NCBI GenBank assembly: GCA_964188305.1
Contig: OZ076887.1
Source: Podarcis bocagei
Taxonomy: Eukaryota
DNA length: 64,000 nucleotides
Direction: 5' to 3' (one strand)
Shown: piece after piece, positions 1-13,690 of the stretch
How positions within the stretch are numbered: the first letter of the stretch is position 1
How the letters are laid out: each line of letters begins with the position of its first letter
Made by a program: the position numbers and the translations under genes
The notes under the pieces: model-generated
Seen by the model: only the letters and a program-made list of their open reading frames with translations
Told to the model about the DNA's origin: nothing
Database searches by the model: none

Positions 1-439
1 ATATTTTTCCCTACAAGTCATCACAAGCTTCGTCAGGGGAATGGCATTGTATGTCAGTTGTCTCCTTCATATCAAAAGAAATCCTTTGCCTCTTTACAGA
101 AAATGAGGAAAGTTTGCCTTCCACAGAGCAAAGAACAAAACTGACTTGGAAAGAATTCTCTTTGCTTATGCCACATGTTCTTTACATCTTGGGAAGTTCC
201 CAGGGTATCAAGAACAAATTTAACCTAGTGTTAACTAGAACACATTTTTACCTACTCCAACATTAAAAACAGTAAAAACATAGTTTCCTGTTTATCTCTG
301 AATGTTCAGTTGCAATGTTCACATTGGTACAAGTATTTGGGGGGCGACGGGAATCATGTTGCACATGTTGACTGCATTTACAGAGTAGAAAGAAAAATTG
401 CATATTTATTTTCTCAATCATACATGCAGTCCTATACCC

Positions 440-2395
440 CAGAGGGATATATTGGAATCCTGTGGAACCACATTGTAAACTATTCATCTCCTGCATAATC
501 TTCTGAATTTGGCTATCCAGATAGGAGCAGAACCACTGCAAAGCTTCCCCAATTTAAAAAGGATTCAATGGTTGAGGATACTGAAAAGGGAAATAAACAA
601 CATCACCCACCCACTGTCTCTCTCCTAACAAAGGTGATCATACAGGGTGATCCAAGGCAGTCTCAGTGCCAAATCCAGGCCTAAACCTCAACTGAAATGG
701 ACCAGAGAATCATCCAAACCCAAAAGAGCCTGGACCTGGAGCTCTTGCCCAGGCAGGGGGCTTTTGCGGTTGGTTTATGATTATTTAGATTTTCCAGGTG
801 CAAATAAGGATTTTTCAGAAGTATCTGCACCACAACCTTTTTTAGGCAGCCTGGGACCACTTCTTCTCATAATAAGGCATTAATCACCTTGGCCCAATCC
901 GTCATCCTGCCCATCCCAGATTTCATAAGCTAGGAAAGGCAAGGATCAAACATGCAAGTGGTTTCACAGATCTGCTCAAACATCTTGTTCACATCCTCAA
1001 GCTGCATCAATTGGAACTAATCCAACAATACTGGACCAGATAGCACATTGAACACCTCAAGTCGACCTACCAAAACTCTGGAGTCCAGATCATAGTGGAT
1101 GCAAGCAAATTTATCGTGCTTTGCAAACAAAATGCAGGAGGCAATTGGTGATTCCAAAATCTTATTAGGACTAGAATGCTATAGACCACCCAGAGAAGCT
1201 TTGCTAAACAGAAGTGAAAGTATGTAATGGAGGCAGTGAGAAAACATGTGTTCATCTTTGCTGCCACAGAGTACCATTGAGAATGAGCACATACTAGTGA
1301 TCAGTTTCATATGTCAGCTTGTGTTCAAGTAATCTCTCCGCTTTCTTCATCATCCTCAACTCTAGGGTATACCATGAAGCTACCCAAGCTTTTCTAAGTG
1401 AGGGAGGACATTTGGGAGGGATCATGTCAACCATTCGGGTCATCTCTTCATTCCATAGGAGCATTATTCATTTCAGCCAGGAAATCCCCCAAAGTCCTCT
1501 GGAATCCATAAGGATTCATCAAGCTCCAGGGCTGGACCACCCTCATTGTTTTCATTCTTGCAGAGGGGAAAAGTCACTGTCATCCTCAGCAGGTCTGAGC
1601 ATGACAAAGAAACAGATGTAAGATTCCCCACTCTCAGAACACCCTCTTAACTGTTGGTCTAATCACATTTTGCGACAGCCCATGATGGTAATAAAGTCTT
1701 GACCCACCCTAGATCTCATGGCCTTGGTGTGAACATTTATTACCTCCAGGACCAACAGCCTGGAAGGCCTCACCAGAACATTCAGTACCAGCTCTGTCAG
1801 CTCACACAAGAAGGCTGCTAGGCAGTGGGATATGTGGTACGCTCACAGAATCCCTAATCTGTTCCATTCACCCAGCACAAGATTCAAACATTCCAGATTT
1901 GCAGTTAATTGTATAGGAAACCAGGACAAAGAGAGCCAGTGTGGTGTAGTGGTTAAGAGCGGTGGACTCGTAATCTGGTGAACCGGGTTTGCGTCTCCGC
2001 TCCTCCACATGCAGCTGCTGGGTGACCTTGGGCCAGTCACACTTCTTTGAAGTCTCTCAGCCCCACTCACCTCACAGAGTGTTTGTTGTGGGGGAGGAAG
2101 GGAAAGGAGATTGTGAGCCGCTTTGAGACTCCTTTGGGTAGTGATAAAGCGGGATATCAAATCCAAGCTCTTCTTCTTCTACTACTGACTTCCTGTTGAC
2201 TACACAGAAGTTCCCCTTCCCCTTTCCCCTTCTAAATCTTACCTGTTGCTAAACCAACTAGCCAGGTGGGCACAGCTAACTCTGCTTGCCCCCATTCAGG
2301 TCCTGGTTATACAGGCCAGGTCAGCCAGTAGTGAATGAGGGAGATCTTATTATAAACTGACCTTGCATTTCAAAGCAGCATCTGAAGACCTGACA
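440..2395 (-). mobile_element. Decayed L2-clade LINE ORF2 (endonuclease to N-terminal RT), interrupted by a SINE
   Basis: Minus-strand translation gives degenerate L2 motifs in the expected order: 'LL*NARSVYNKISLI..DLACIT' (~2390-2300), 'ECLNLVLGEWNRLGIL' (~1890-1845), 'RLLVLEVINVH' (~1760), 'WYTLELRMMKKAERLLE' (~1370), 'PFQLRFRPGFGTETAL' (~700), 'LQWFCSYLD..LQCG' (~540-460). Many stops and frameshifts. Boundaries approximate. Confidence 0.8.
1931..2183 (+). mobile_element. Full-length tRNA-derived SINE (Squam3/Squam3B-like) with (CTT)n tail, nested in the L2
   Basis: Head GAGAGCCAGTGTGGTGTAGTGGTTAAGAGC with A/B-box-like motifs, core GGGTGACCTTGGGCCAGTCAC, 3' end AAAGCGGGATATCAAATCCAA followed by CTTCTTCTT. 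Confidence 0.8.
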
Positions 2396-3263
2396 TCTGG
2401 CTGATAGGACAGCCAACACACCTCCAGCTGAAGGAAGGACCAGAAAATGGAGCAGCCCTTAATTGACTGAACCACATATCCCCAACCCAGCTCAACCCTG
2501 TCCCCTCAGAGGGCCCTTCTATCTCCACATGATCCAAGTAGAAGATAGGCAGGTGGCACAGCATCTGGGCAGATTGTGTGTTCTTCTTCTCCCTATCCTG
2601 CTTGGGATGGGGTGGGGTTATTGGCAGATGTAGACCACGCAAGCATTCGGTAGAAGAGCAAGGAGCGGTATTTCTGTGATTTCATCAAAGACTCCATTAA
2701 AACAATTTTGGATTAATGTGTTATAGCTCCACTCAGTTTGTGTAACTGCATCTCTTTCCATTGCTTTTTTATTTTTGTTTCATTGTCTTCATGGCTTGCT
2801 TTTGTAGTATGGTAGGCAAAGTGGAATCAAAAGAACTTTTCTTTTTAAGAGCTATCTAGCCCTGGCTTCTTCGTCTTCTTCTACGTATACCAATGGCAAG
2901 CACTTCTCTCTCTCTTTCCTGTGCTTCCATCACTTTCTACATGTCAGCAACACAATGACTTGAACCTCATATAATATTAGGCTGTGTCCATTTTAAATTA
3001 ACATGTATTTTCCATTTAAAGATCTGCATGGTACTTGATTGTAGCTTGGATTGTAGAACGAGCCCCAAAATGTTAATTACTAATTCAGTAATAAGCTCCC
3101 AACAAATCGGTCCCCTCCTCATGCAGGCAAAGACTAACTGGCTGCCTCTTCCTTAGGTGTTTGTGAATGCTAAAGTATGAATTCTGTGACTAACCAAAGT
3201 GTCCTGTGCAGTAAGAAACATAATAAGAGCTTGTGCACGTGTGTGTGCTTTCTCTTCACTCAG

Positions 3264-3409
3264 GCAAGGCAGTTTTCCTGTCATCAATCAGAGCGGCATT
3301 ATGGGATCCAGCTCTCCCTACACCCAGCCAATGAACAACAACTCAAGCCTGATGAACCCTCAAGCTCCTCCTTACAGCATGGCACCTAACATGGTGAACA
3401 GTTCCACAG
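3264..3409 (+). CDS. ARID1B: ARID1B coding exon (146 nt; [49 protein letters not shown])
   Basis: Acceptor cttcactcag (AG 3262-3263), donor CAG|gtaatg. Peptide matches recalled human ARID1[43 protein letters not shown]. Phase 2 to 1. Confidence 0.95.
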
Positions 3410-6400
3410 GTAATGGTTGGTAACTTTTCAGGAACGGCTGTTTTTTTCAAGGTAGACACCCTTAAGGCTCCTATTCCATATCCACTTACCTGGGAGTAAG
3501 CCCTATTGAACCTGGTGGGACTTACCTCTGAGTACATTAGGTTGTACTGGATGGAGCAAAGGGTTTCTCCTGTGCAGCTGGTTCTGTGTTCCTTAAAACA
3601 GGAGTTTCCTGTTATTGTATCAAATCCTGCATATGTTACAGCCTTAGGTTGTCTTCTATTTTTCCTTGAAAATGTGAACATGGCATGTTTGAAAACTGAC
3701 AGGTCTGAAAGAAGACATGTTTAAAATGTAGTAAGTTTTCTGAGGCTGGTGCAGCTGTAATTAAGCAACATAACTGACATCATCTTAGGTTAGGAACCTG
3801 ACCAACAAGGTACCAAAAGTCACTCACTGTGTTTAGAATAAAGTATAACTCTCTGGAAGTCCCAGTAATTATGTTCACAAACTGAAATAGACAAAAAAAT
3901 AGACTTAACAAATAAAATTAACAAAGGGTCTTTTTCCATTTATATTTCTTTGCAGGAATACCATGCCAGGGATCTGTTTGTTGAGGGGATTGTTCAAGTG
4001 CTCATTTGCATTTGATGTGGACTCAAACCGTTCTCCCTAGCAGTACATTATTTCTTTTCTCATTCCCATCCCCAACTATTACATTCATGAATATGTTGTA
4101 GTGTGCAATTGCATAGTAACTAGATTTCCTTTAATTACATTTAAGTCATACTCCAAATAAGCCCACTGAAATCAATGGACTTTAGTTAGTCATTACTAAC
4201 AAGACCATTGATTCCAGTGGGACTACTCCGGGTGTGACTTAGTACGATACAGCCATAGAGGGCAAGGCTATCCAACCATGTATTGCTGTGATGGATGGCA
4301 AAAAAGTATAATGTGTATGCAAGACAGAGAGAGTAACTGGGTTTAATTGCTGGGTTGCGGATGACTTCTTAACATTATGTCATGATTATTGGAGAGAGGA
4401 ACCACTGTTACTAACCTGCTTTCTGCAGCAGCACCTTTAGATTTCTTTTTCTTTTTAAGGCAAATCTAGCAATGGCTTCTTGTGCTTATCTGCTCAGGAC
4501 ACCAGTGCCAGCGAAAATGGAGTTCAGTTACCTTTTAAAACAAAACAAATCGGTTGCTGCTCCTGCTTCTTGCAACAGTTTTGGTTCCTCTCTCCTCTCC
4601 AGGAGCCCAAAGTAAGGCTAGTGAGCAATCCTTTCCTGCTGCTGCTGCTGCTGCTGCCGCCTCTACTTGGCTGCTGGAGGAAAGAAGCCTATAGTCTTCT
4701 CCTAAGTTTCAAAAGGGACAGGGGAGCACTTGAATACAATCATTTCCTCATTAAAAGAATAATGTGAGAACCAGCTGATTCTGTCTTTACTGTTTATAGT
4801 GATTCCTCCAAAGTGTTACATGCTGGTAGATATTATTATCTCTCCCCCCTGCCTTCCCACCCCCATTCTATCTTTCAGATGATTTACCTGTTGTTTAAGC
4901 AGCATGTTTATGTCGACTGTGAAATTAACTGCCTTGTAATAAAACTCAGAGGGTTTCCCCCACCCCACATACACATATTGAAAACATGTACAGCTTCTAT
5001 GATTCTGCTCCACAACGCAACCAGCCACCCAGCTCTCTTAAACATTTTAAAGTTTTTGATTACCAAACATTGGTCCCGTTTAATTCTTTTTCTGACAGCT
5101 GAAAATGCACATTGTTGTCCTAGAGTCTCATTATACCTGTTTTTCTACTCTCTAGACAACAGTTTAGCAGAGGTATTCCCACATGTCTTATTTATAATGG
5201 TTTTGTGCTGTGTCTTCAGCAAGGGTAAGAATACAGATTGTTAATCAGGGAGATTTTTTAAAAAATATAAAATAAAATTGCTTCCCTTAGTGTTAGGCAG
5301 GAGGTTGTTTGTTTGCCCATGCAGCACACTTTTACTTCAGTTGAAAAGGAAAAAATCTATTGAACAGGCCATTAGATAATAGCTTACTCCCCCCCTCCCC
5401 CGACCAGAGCTGTCCCAGGTAATACTGTGTTTGGGTTATGTAGTAATGTGTTTTGTCTGCCTGGATGAAATAAAATTACTTTTGAGCATTGAAACTGCAC
5501 TATAAATCCTGGCTTGCTGTTTAGCAGCAGTAATTTTTTGCCCCTTTTACTCTGGCCCCCAGAGCTGGAAAAATAACCAACAACAAACAGATGGCAGAGT
5601 GCCCTGCCTAAGAAGATTTATGTATTGCAAAGGAATAACCAGTTTAAAGGAAGATTCACAGAGGGGTTTTTTTGTTCAGATAATTCAGCCATTCGTTATT
5701 TCATACGGTGGAAATCTGTTCAGTGCAAAATCATTTATCCTAGCAGTCTTTTGTATGGAGTAGTCATAGTATTTTTATTGTGTTCTGCATTCCAAAATAT
5801 TGAATTTTTAAAATAATTGAACCATGTATCAGAGCTTTCTTTATTTCTTTTTTATTTTTGGTTTATGCATTTTTGAGGTTTTCACTTCCATATTTATTAA
5901 TCCATGGTGTGTCCTGTAAAAATATAGTACATGCACTGGTAGTAGTGCTTGTTGTGGTTTATTTGTTTCAGCCATTGACCCTAAAAAAAGAACAGACAAA
6001 CAATGGCTTTAACCAGCAATCATAGTCAAGATCATGCAATCAACCCAGAAAAATGTACTATGTTACAATAATTCATTCTATTTTAAATAAAACTCCACAG
6101 CCAGTTTCCAACCCTCAGTCTACTACAAGAAAATAAAATAATTTTATGTTGCTTTCCAGAAGTCCGAGCTTGTAACTTCTCTATTTTTTTTACCACAAGA
6201 AATTATTCCCCCCTTGTAGATCTAACTTATTTCATGATTTTTTAGTAACTGCTGATAAAATCTATTACATGCATGTTCAAAGATGACACAGGCATATAGT
6301 AGATGTCTTCGTTTATCTCCTTCCTAAAAAATTACTGAAGTAAGCAAAAATGTATGTTGCAATAGCGCTCATCCAGAATCACTGAGGGCATTTGAAATCT

Positions 6401-6697
6401 TAGCAGGGTCAAGGCTCAGATTGAACTTAGGCAGATCAATTAAATATTTTTTCCAAACCATGAGCACATTTTGATCACATATCAGGTTGTTGAATTGACT
6501 CTGGCCAATTGAGAAGGATCACTTTGCTCAAAAGTGTCCCTGAAGTGTAAACTTTGATTTAGCAGCTGGCAATTCTGTACCCTTGATATCATTTACAGAA
6601 AAAGGCTTCCATCATTTTAGTTGTGGAGATGGGACAAGCAATCTTGGGGTACCAAATATTTAATGGGATAGAATTAATTGAATCTGTTCATATAAAC

Positions 6698-7241
6698 CAG
6701 TGTTTCCCAACCGGTGTTCCGCGGCACACTAGTGTGCCGTGAGACATCGGCTGGTGTGCCGTGGGAGGGAGGCGGGCGAGTCGGGCGGTGAGAGGCGGCG
6801 GCGGCGAGGATCCGCGTCGAGCCGGGGGCGGCTCCGCGGTGGTGGTGCCGAGCGGCGGGGCAGCGCGTGCAAATGGAGGAGCGCGAGACAGCGGAGGAGG
6901 AGGAGGCCGGCATGTCCGGGCAGCAGCAGCAACAACAGCAGCAGCAACTCCCGCCGCCGCCCCCTCCTCCGTCCGCTATTGCCGCCACCACCACAACAGC
7001 CGCCGCCGCCTCAGCTGCCGCCGTCCCTCAGTCCCTCGCTCTGCTGCCTCCCCACCCCCACCCCCAAAGCTTGGAGGTTCCCCGGCAAGGGGGAGGGAAA
7101 AAAAGTGAAAACTTTCACTTTCGTGCGGTCCTCCCGGCGTGACGCTGCGCGCTGACGTCACGGGGCAGTAATGGTGGTGTGCCGCGAGATTTTTTTGATT
7201 AAACAGGTGTGCCGTTGCCCAAAAAAGGTGGGGAAACACTG
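6698..7241. mobile_element. Non-autonomous hAT (Charlie-like) element, 544 bp, with CpG-rich cargo
   Basis: Termini CAGTGTTTCCC...GGGAAACACTG. Perfect 8-bp TSD ATATAAAC (6690-6697 and 7242-7249). Subterminal GTGTGCCG repeats at both ends. Confidence 0.92.
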
Positions 7242-10200
7242 ATATAAACTAAGCTTCAGAAGTCTAATTTCTGGCATATGTTTTACATTTAACCAGAAGT
7301 TAAGTAAATTTAAGTAGATTTATAAATAATGTGATGTGTAGGGGCCTATGATGTGTACTCTGCAAATTGTTCTACACAGTACAGCTAGCTTAAAGACACA
7401 AATTACAGCCACAAAACGACTTAACATACTCCACTGATCAGGAAGTGTTGAGAGGAGGATATTTCATCAGCTGTGAAAGCACAGCATCACAAAACATTAC
7501 AGTTTTTTGTGCTCCAAGGAAATATACTAGCATCATTATAAGGAATGGTACTGGTGCACATAGTTTGAAAATATTTTACTGGTGAGCTATTTTACCTTAC
7601 CAAATCCATGATGAGAAACAAGGGCAGATTCAGACAAGCAGGAGCCTCATGACAGCCATTTAAGAATGTCCTATATGGCAGCTGCCTGCTGGCTTTAGTC
7701 ATTTGGTGAAGCCCAGCATTACCATCCCTGCACTTCCCATATTTCCAAGCATATATAAGGATGCTAATGCTGGCTTCAGCCATGTGTCTGAAGGCACTAG
7801 ATAACTGCCTTGGCATGTGGGTGCGGGCAACTTATATGATAAACTTTTATACCAGAGAGTAGGGGAGCTGTGGCCATCCAGTTGTTGCTGGGCTACAGTT
7901 CACCTCATTCCTGCCCATTGGCCAAGATAACTAAGGCTGATGGGAGTCCAGCAGCATAGGGAGAGCCACAAGTTGCCCACCTCTTTTATTCAGTGCTGAA
8001 TTTTAGAAAGTGGGAGGAGAGGGAGATGTTAAGCTCAAGCTTCCCTAGATAGCATGACCTGCTGCCTGGAAGCCTCAGTCCCCCAGATCTTGAGTGAAAT
8101 TATTCAGTGAAGAAGGAAGGCCACTCTATCCCTAATCTAAATTGCTCTCTTTATTTATTATTACTTATGTACTACAATTGAATTTAGCATTGAAAGCAGT
8201 TTCCAGGATTCAACCATGGTGGTGCTTGGCTGTACTTTTAAGTGGTGACTCTATGGATTCTGTATATCTGGTTTCATCTCCAGAAACTAACTTAAATATA
8301 AGTTTTGCCATCATTCATGTATATAATCAAGTCGCTTTCCATCAAGATCTGAGAAAATTGTTATCCCTATCTCCCTGTTCCCAAGCTTATTCATTCATTA
8401 AGGAGCTCAGGATGGTGTACAAGGTTCTCTCCCCCCCCATCCCCCCTTTTATTCACACAGCAATCCTGGGGGGTAGCTAGGCTGAGAGATAGTGAATGGC
8501 CCAAAGTCACCAAATATTGCATTTTGATGCGTGCACACACCCCCACAGCTTCAATACAAATTGAGAATTGCTCATCAGGTAAAGACATACTTGCCCCGTC
8601 TCAACTCAGTGGTGTGAACATTGAGCAGGCAACTGTGATACACATCAAAGTCTGCTGACATGTACAGTAATGTGCAAACACAGCAAAAAAGAACAATTTT
8701 GATCTGTTTTAAGCCAGCAATGTGTGCACAACCTGAGTCAGACCAGTTCTAGTCCAGTATATCCCCCCCCCCTTTGGGCTAATGGTCTTAACCACTATTA
8801 GCACATGCTGCACATTATAGAAAGATTCAGCTACATGTAGAAACATAGTCCTCAGGATCATGGCCAAACCTGAAACCGGCATTTGTCCTATAACCACCCA
8901 TGCCCATATGTACTATGAATGGGCACAGGAAAGATGACCAGCATTTTCAGAGAGGTCCCTATTGCCCCAAATTGTAGCTCTGGTGCAGGAAACAGAAAAA
9001 TCAAAAGATAATAGTTGCAGCTCTGCCAGTGGAATTTAAACAGTGTTGCAGACACTGATTTAGATGACTGTCATTTCAGCCATCTCCCTGTTCCGTTAAG
9101 AAAACATGGCAGATACAGAAAATGTCTCTTAACTAGTGTAGAGCCCCGATGCTCTGAAAGAAAACCTCCCTTGTGTAACAGGCTTCAGTGAGCAAATAAT
9201 TATTTAAATAGAATCAGTGTGACTATGAATATGACAACTGTTTCTTCAGTTATAATGCCAGGGGGAGGGGGTTTAGGAGAAAGCAGTGAAGGAATTTCTT
9301 CAAAAAGACAGATGAACAGAAGGCTTCCCCCTTTTTTTGTTAACAATGGTGGATATTAATTTCATTTTTGAATTTTAGTGAAAATGGTAGTGCAGTGTGT
9401 AATATTACGAAGTGTGTGTGAATATACCTGTAATGCAAGTAGGTATTTATGATCAATTTTTATTGCAGGCACAAAAAGTGTTACTCCATCTACTTTTTCT
9501 TTAAAATTATTATTATTATTATTATTTACACTTATGGTTTTCTTGCCACTCAATCCAGTTGTGTCTCAACCAAAGCACATTTGCAGTTTCTGCAGCCATT
9601 TGCCTCAAACCAAAGCTCAGTGTACCCTCGGATATACAGTGCAGAAATCCTCAGTCTTTTACGGTGGTAGGCTATCCATGCACAGAGTCACATTTGGGCA
9701 AATGAAGCTGTTCCAGACACAGGGGGGAAACTAGTGACTGCACGGTGATCCTTTGCTGTGAAAAGCTGGTTATTCTGGGCAGTCATGCAGTTTTGCATAA
9801 TCTGTCTCCTACTGATTCAGACTTCAGAATCCATTTTTTAAAGATGGCCTTACATTGCAGAAATGTTTGGGGGGGGGTATTTCTGGGCATATACTCTGAT
9901 ACGGAGCTCTGCTGCCAAGCTCATATCACTGGGCTTAAAGTGAGCCTTTGTGCAAGGACCAGATATCAGGAGCTGAAATGATATATGCACAAAACTGTCC
10001 CATACAGCTCCATTCAATATATGCCTGAACTGGAGCTCCAGCAAAGTTTTGGGTCAGGCTGTCCCTTTTAAAATAAAGGGCAGGTGTGTGTGTAACATTG
10101 TTAGATTCTGCTGCAGATACACATTTACTCTCCTCACAGCAACCTTGCTTTTTCTGTATGTTTTAGTCCACAAGACCAAATGACATGAGCTATTCCACCC

Positions 10201-12916
10201 ACCAACCCCCCTTTTTAAACAAAGCAATGAGCACTCACCTCTCTTTCTTTCCTGCCTCAAAGCCAAATCAACCCTTTACTTTTTCTAGCAGATAGGGTGT
10301 GATTTTCCACGTTTCACTTGATACAACCCAAAACACCTTGGCACAGAATCACAGTTAAAATCGAAGGCCACAAACCGTCCAAACGTTTTCTTACAAAGGC
10401 TTAAGACCACATTGGGTCGGTGGCAGCTAAAGTACTGGGCTGCTTGGAACATAGGTTTATACGAAGTCTAGCATGTAGTCTTGGGCAGATCTCTCAGCCA
10501 AACTACCTCACCAGGTTGTTGTGACTTTAAACTCATTGTGTGGTAGTGCACCCATGGTTTGCACACAGACAGTTGTACCTTCAATCCCCAGATGGAACGG
10601 TCTTGTTTAGGAGAACTGAAAGGGACTCCTTCCTCAGTCGGAGAGGACAGTGCTAGGCTGGTAGTCTGACTGCATTAGGCAGCAGCATCTGGAGGAAGAA
10701 GGGGAAGTAAATGTAATCAAATATTTTTACTGGTTCTGGTGGATTGGACCCAGAATTGTTAAGTCCCGACCTGGGCTCTTCCTGAAGAATCCAAAATTCA
10801 GCCTAATGATTTGCTGTGGGCTGTTTTCCCACAGACTGATCACCATTGCCTCTCCTATAGGACAAGCATGGCATCTAGCCCAGGAATACAGATCCCTGAC
10901 TGTAGGACAGTCTTAAGATACTCGACTGCAGTTTAACTCACATGTGAGCTAAGTTTGGTGTGGTGTATAGCTAGAACAGGACCTTGACCCATATTTTCTT
11001 TTTTAAATTATTCTGACTTTCAACTTCTTATAATAAAGCCTGGGGCTAGTTCTTGGAACCTATTCACTCTACATTGCAACTCTTTTTCAATCACAGATTT
11101 CACTGTTATCTTCTTCTTTTTAATGTTTTATATATTTGTAGTTTGTGGGCAGGATCATTAGGGTCACTGGAGAAGAGAGCGTGTGTGCGCACGCACGTGC
11201 CTTAATTTGCTGGAATTGTGACAATAGTGTTCTTTCACTGTTTGAAAAGGGGTCAAAATAATACCCTCAGTTTGTCATTGGACTAGAAAGCAAAGGGATA
11301 CCAGCCGCAAATCCCTTGGAAGCATTCTTGTAAGTCTTTACAAAGCATTTCAACAAAGGATAAAGAAATACCTATGGATGCTACACAAAAGACTATAGTA
11401 GTACTTCTTTCCCAAGATGACATGGTAACTTAGATCCAGCTGTTGTTGTGAGCAATTAGTCCTGTGCAATGCAATGCAGATGTTGATGTGCAACTGGATT
11501 TGCATCTGAATCTGCACCAGTAACGCACATGGAAGGCTTCTTATACACCCTGTTGCTTGATTGGGGCAGCTCATAAGAAGTACGTGTCAAATGCTCTATA
11601 CCCCAGCCTTTTTCTCTGGATCATAATCACTCAAAATTTTATTTACAATTTTCAGATTTTATCACCCTTGCAAAATCTTTCTTCAGGCAGCTGAACTGGC
11701 CACCTGAAGATTTCACTGCTAGCACAAACTGCTGTTCTGCACAACCTAACCACTCCAGCATCATTCAGAAAGCTTGCAATGGCATCACACAAACTTGCAG
11801 CTAGTGAATTGGCAACCAAATTCAGACTTCCCACTACTGCAGTTAAATTCAAGTAGGAAAAATGCTGGCCACAAGTAGAGTGGTCTTTTGCTTCTGCCCT
11901 AAGTCCCACAGCTGTCTCCAGAGCAAATGGGTGAGGTCAGAAATGCAACTTGGATGACCTTGTGCATTTAGTCACTCTTTGGTTGCTTTGTTATCATTTT
12001 ACTTCCATTCATAAAAAACACTGGCTGTTTCTCACTTATTGCATTGTTTGGAAATAGACATCTTGTTCCCATTTTTAAATATACAAGACTGAAACTACTT
12101 TTTTAAAGCCAAGTACTGTAGTAATTTCCACATTACAATATTTCAAATGCCTTGTTTGGCCTACAAACGCACCACAGCGACTTACAAATAAGCCTATGGC
12201 AGTTCAGAGATGAGTATTGAGTATATAGTTAGCTGTAAACTCGTGCGGCACATGGCTGGGTAGGTTTTTTGGCAGAGCCGTTCTCCCAACCTGCAGTGAT
12301 GTGATGCTAAAGATATTAGCAAATTAGCACCATGAAGCTTGCCAGCTTATTCGCCAGAGTCTTGCTTGCTCTCTCACTGCTGTAATTAAAACTAATTATT
12401 TTCTAAAACATAGTAATACATGAATATGTGCAATAATCATTTTGTAGTGGGCAATCTGTGAAGTTTTTTTAAAGCTCCCCCCTTCCCCTTTGGCTTGTTC
12501 TCCCACATGTTGGCTGCTGAGTAAAACACTGCATTATCATTTTACAGAAAAGCAAAGCAGCCCAATAATAATCAGGCTAGATTTTTATTATTCTGCAATA
12601 TCCATCATATTTTATTTAGCCTTTCCTTCCCCGTCTACTATTTTTAAACACATTTTGCATAGTTAACAAAAAGGTGTTGAGCTTAGTTAGCTATATGTTC
12701 TATACCAAATGTGGCGCTCCTTTTGCTCACATACATTTGTGACTGCATTGAGATCTGCTGGCTTCTTTTTATTTTGGAGGGTAATAACAGAAATGGAAGT
12801 TCAACTAATAATATTTACCTATTATGTAGCAGAAACTAAAAATGTTCAAAAATGCTTATACTTTAAAATTTGGTTTAGCCACTGTATATTCCATGGAGAT
12901 TGCAAATACTCTTAAG

Positions 12917-12920
<4 letters not shown>

Positions 12921-12963
<43 letters not shown>

Positions 12964-12968
12964 TCTCT
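12921..12968. repeat. (CT)n microsatellite
   Basis: Direct reading of the sequence. Confidence 0.95.
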
Positions 12969-13309
12969 CCCCCCCCCCCTTACGGTGGCAACTGTATACA
13001 TAGTACTCTGCAGAATTCTTAAGGGGGAAAGTGAAATGCCCCAAGGCTTGTATTCTAGAATAGTAGGAAATAGACCAAGTTGGGGGAGGCAGAGACAAGA
13101 ATAGGAAGGACGGAAGGAATGTAAACAGCAAATTTAAAATATTACAATTCAATCATTTACACATGTCCAGTCAAAAATGAGTCCCACTGAGTTCAGGGGA
13201 GCTTATTCCCAATTGAGCGTGTATACGGTTAGGCTGTAATCTGAACCACACTGACCAAGGAGTAAGGCCCATTGAACTCAACAGGACTTAGATCTGAATC
13301 TTAGATCTG

Positions 13310-13690
13310 CAATTGCCTTGCAGCAGTTTAAAGCAAAGGCCTCTTGGAAAAAGTGAGAGATGACACTATGCACATATTGACCAGGGACTTTGATGCATGG
13401 GGACAGCAAGGGGAAATGTGTGAAGTCAGATGAGAGAGTAAGAAACATTTGGGTAACTGACGATGGTAGAGTTGGAGGGTATAATAATTGGTAATAAAGG
13501 ACCAAAAGATTTAGGCAAGGTTTTGGAGACCTATAAAGGTAAGTCCAACCTGGATGAAGGAGGGTATGGGAAACCATGTACAGATTTGAGGAGGGGATCA
13601 AGCAGTGGGAAAGGCAAATGATTTGTGTAGTGGCATTTTAGAGAGAAGTGAAAAGGCTGAGACATGACAGGGAATGCTGAAAGGGATGTT
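13310..13690 (-). mobile_element. Ancient L2 LINE 3' fragment
   Basis: Minus strand reads 'NATTQIICLS...PLLKSVHGFP', resembling the L2 C-terminal 'NAAARII..PLLKSLHWLP'. Highly decayed. Confidence 0.5.

Noticed and set aside
1931-2010. tRNA gene
   Set aside because: This is the tRNA-derived head of a SINE, continuing into SINE body and tail, with no intact cloverleaf.
6674-7239. Six overlapping ORFs with polyQ/polyP/polyA/polyC as a nested gene or ARID1B exon
   Set aside because: All lie in a TIR/TSD-bounded hAT element. High GC suppresses stops in every frame, and I found no fitting splice sites or ARID1B homology. Kept only as transposon cargo.
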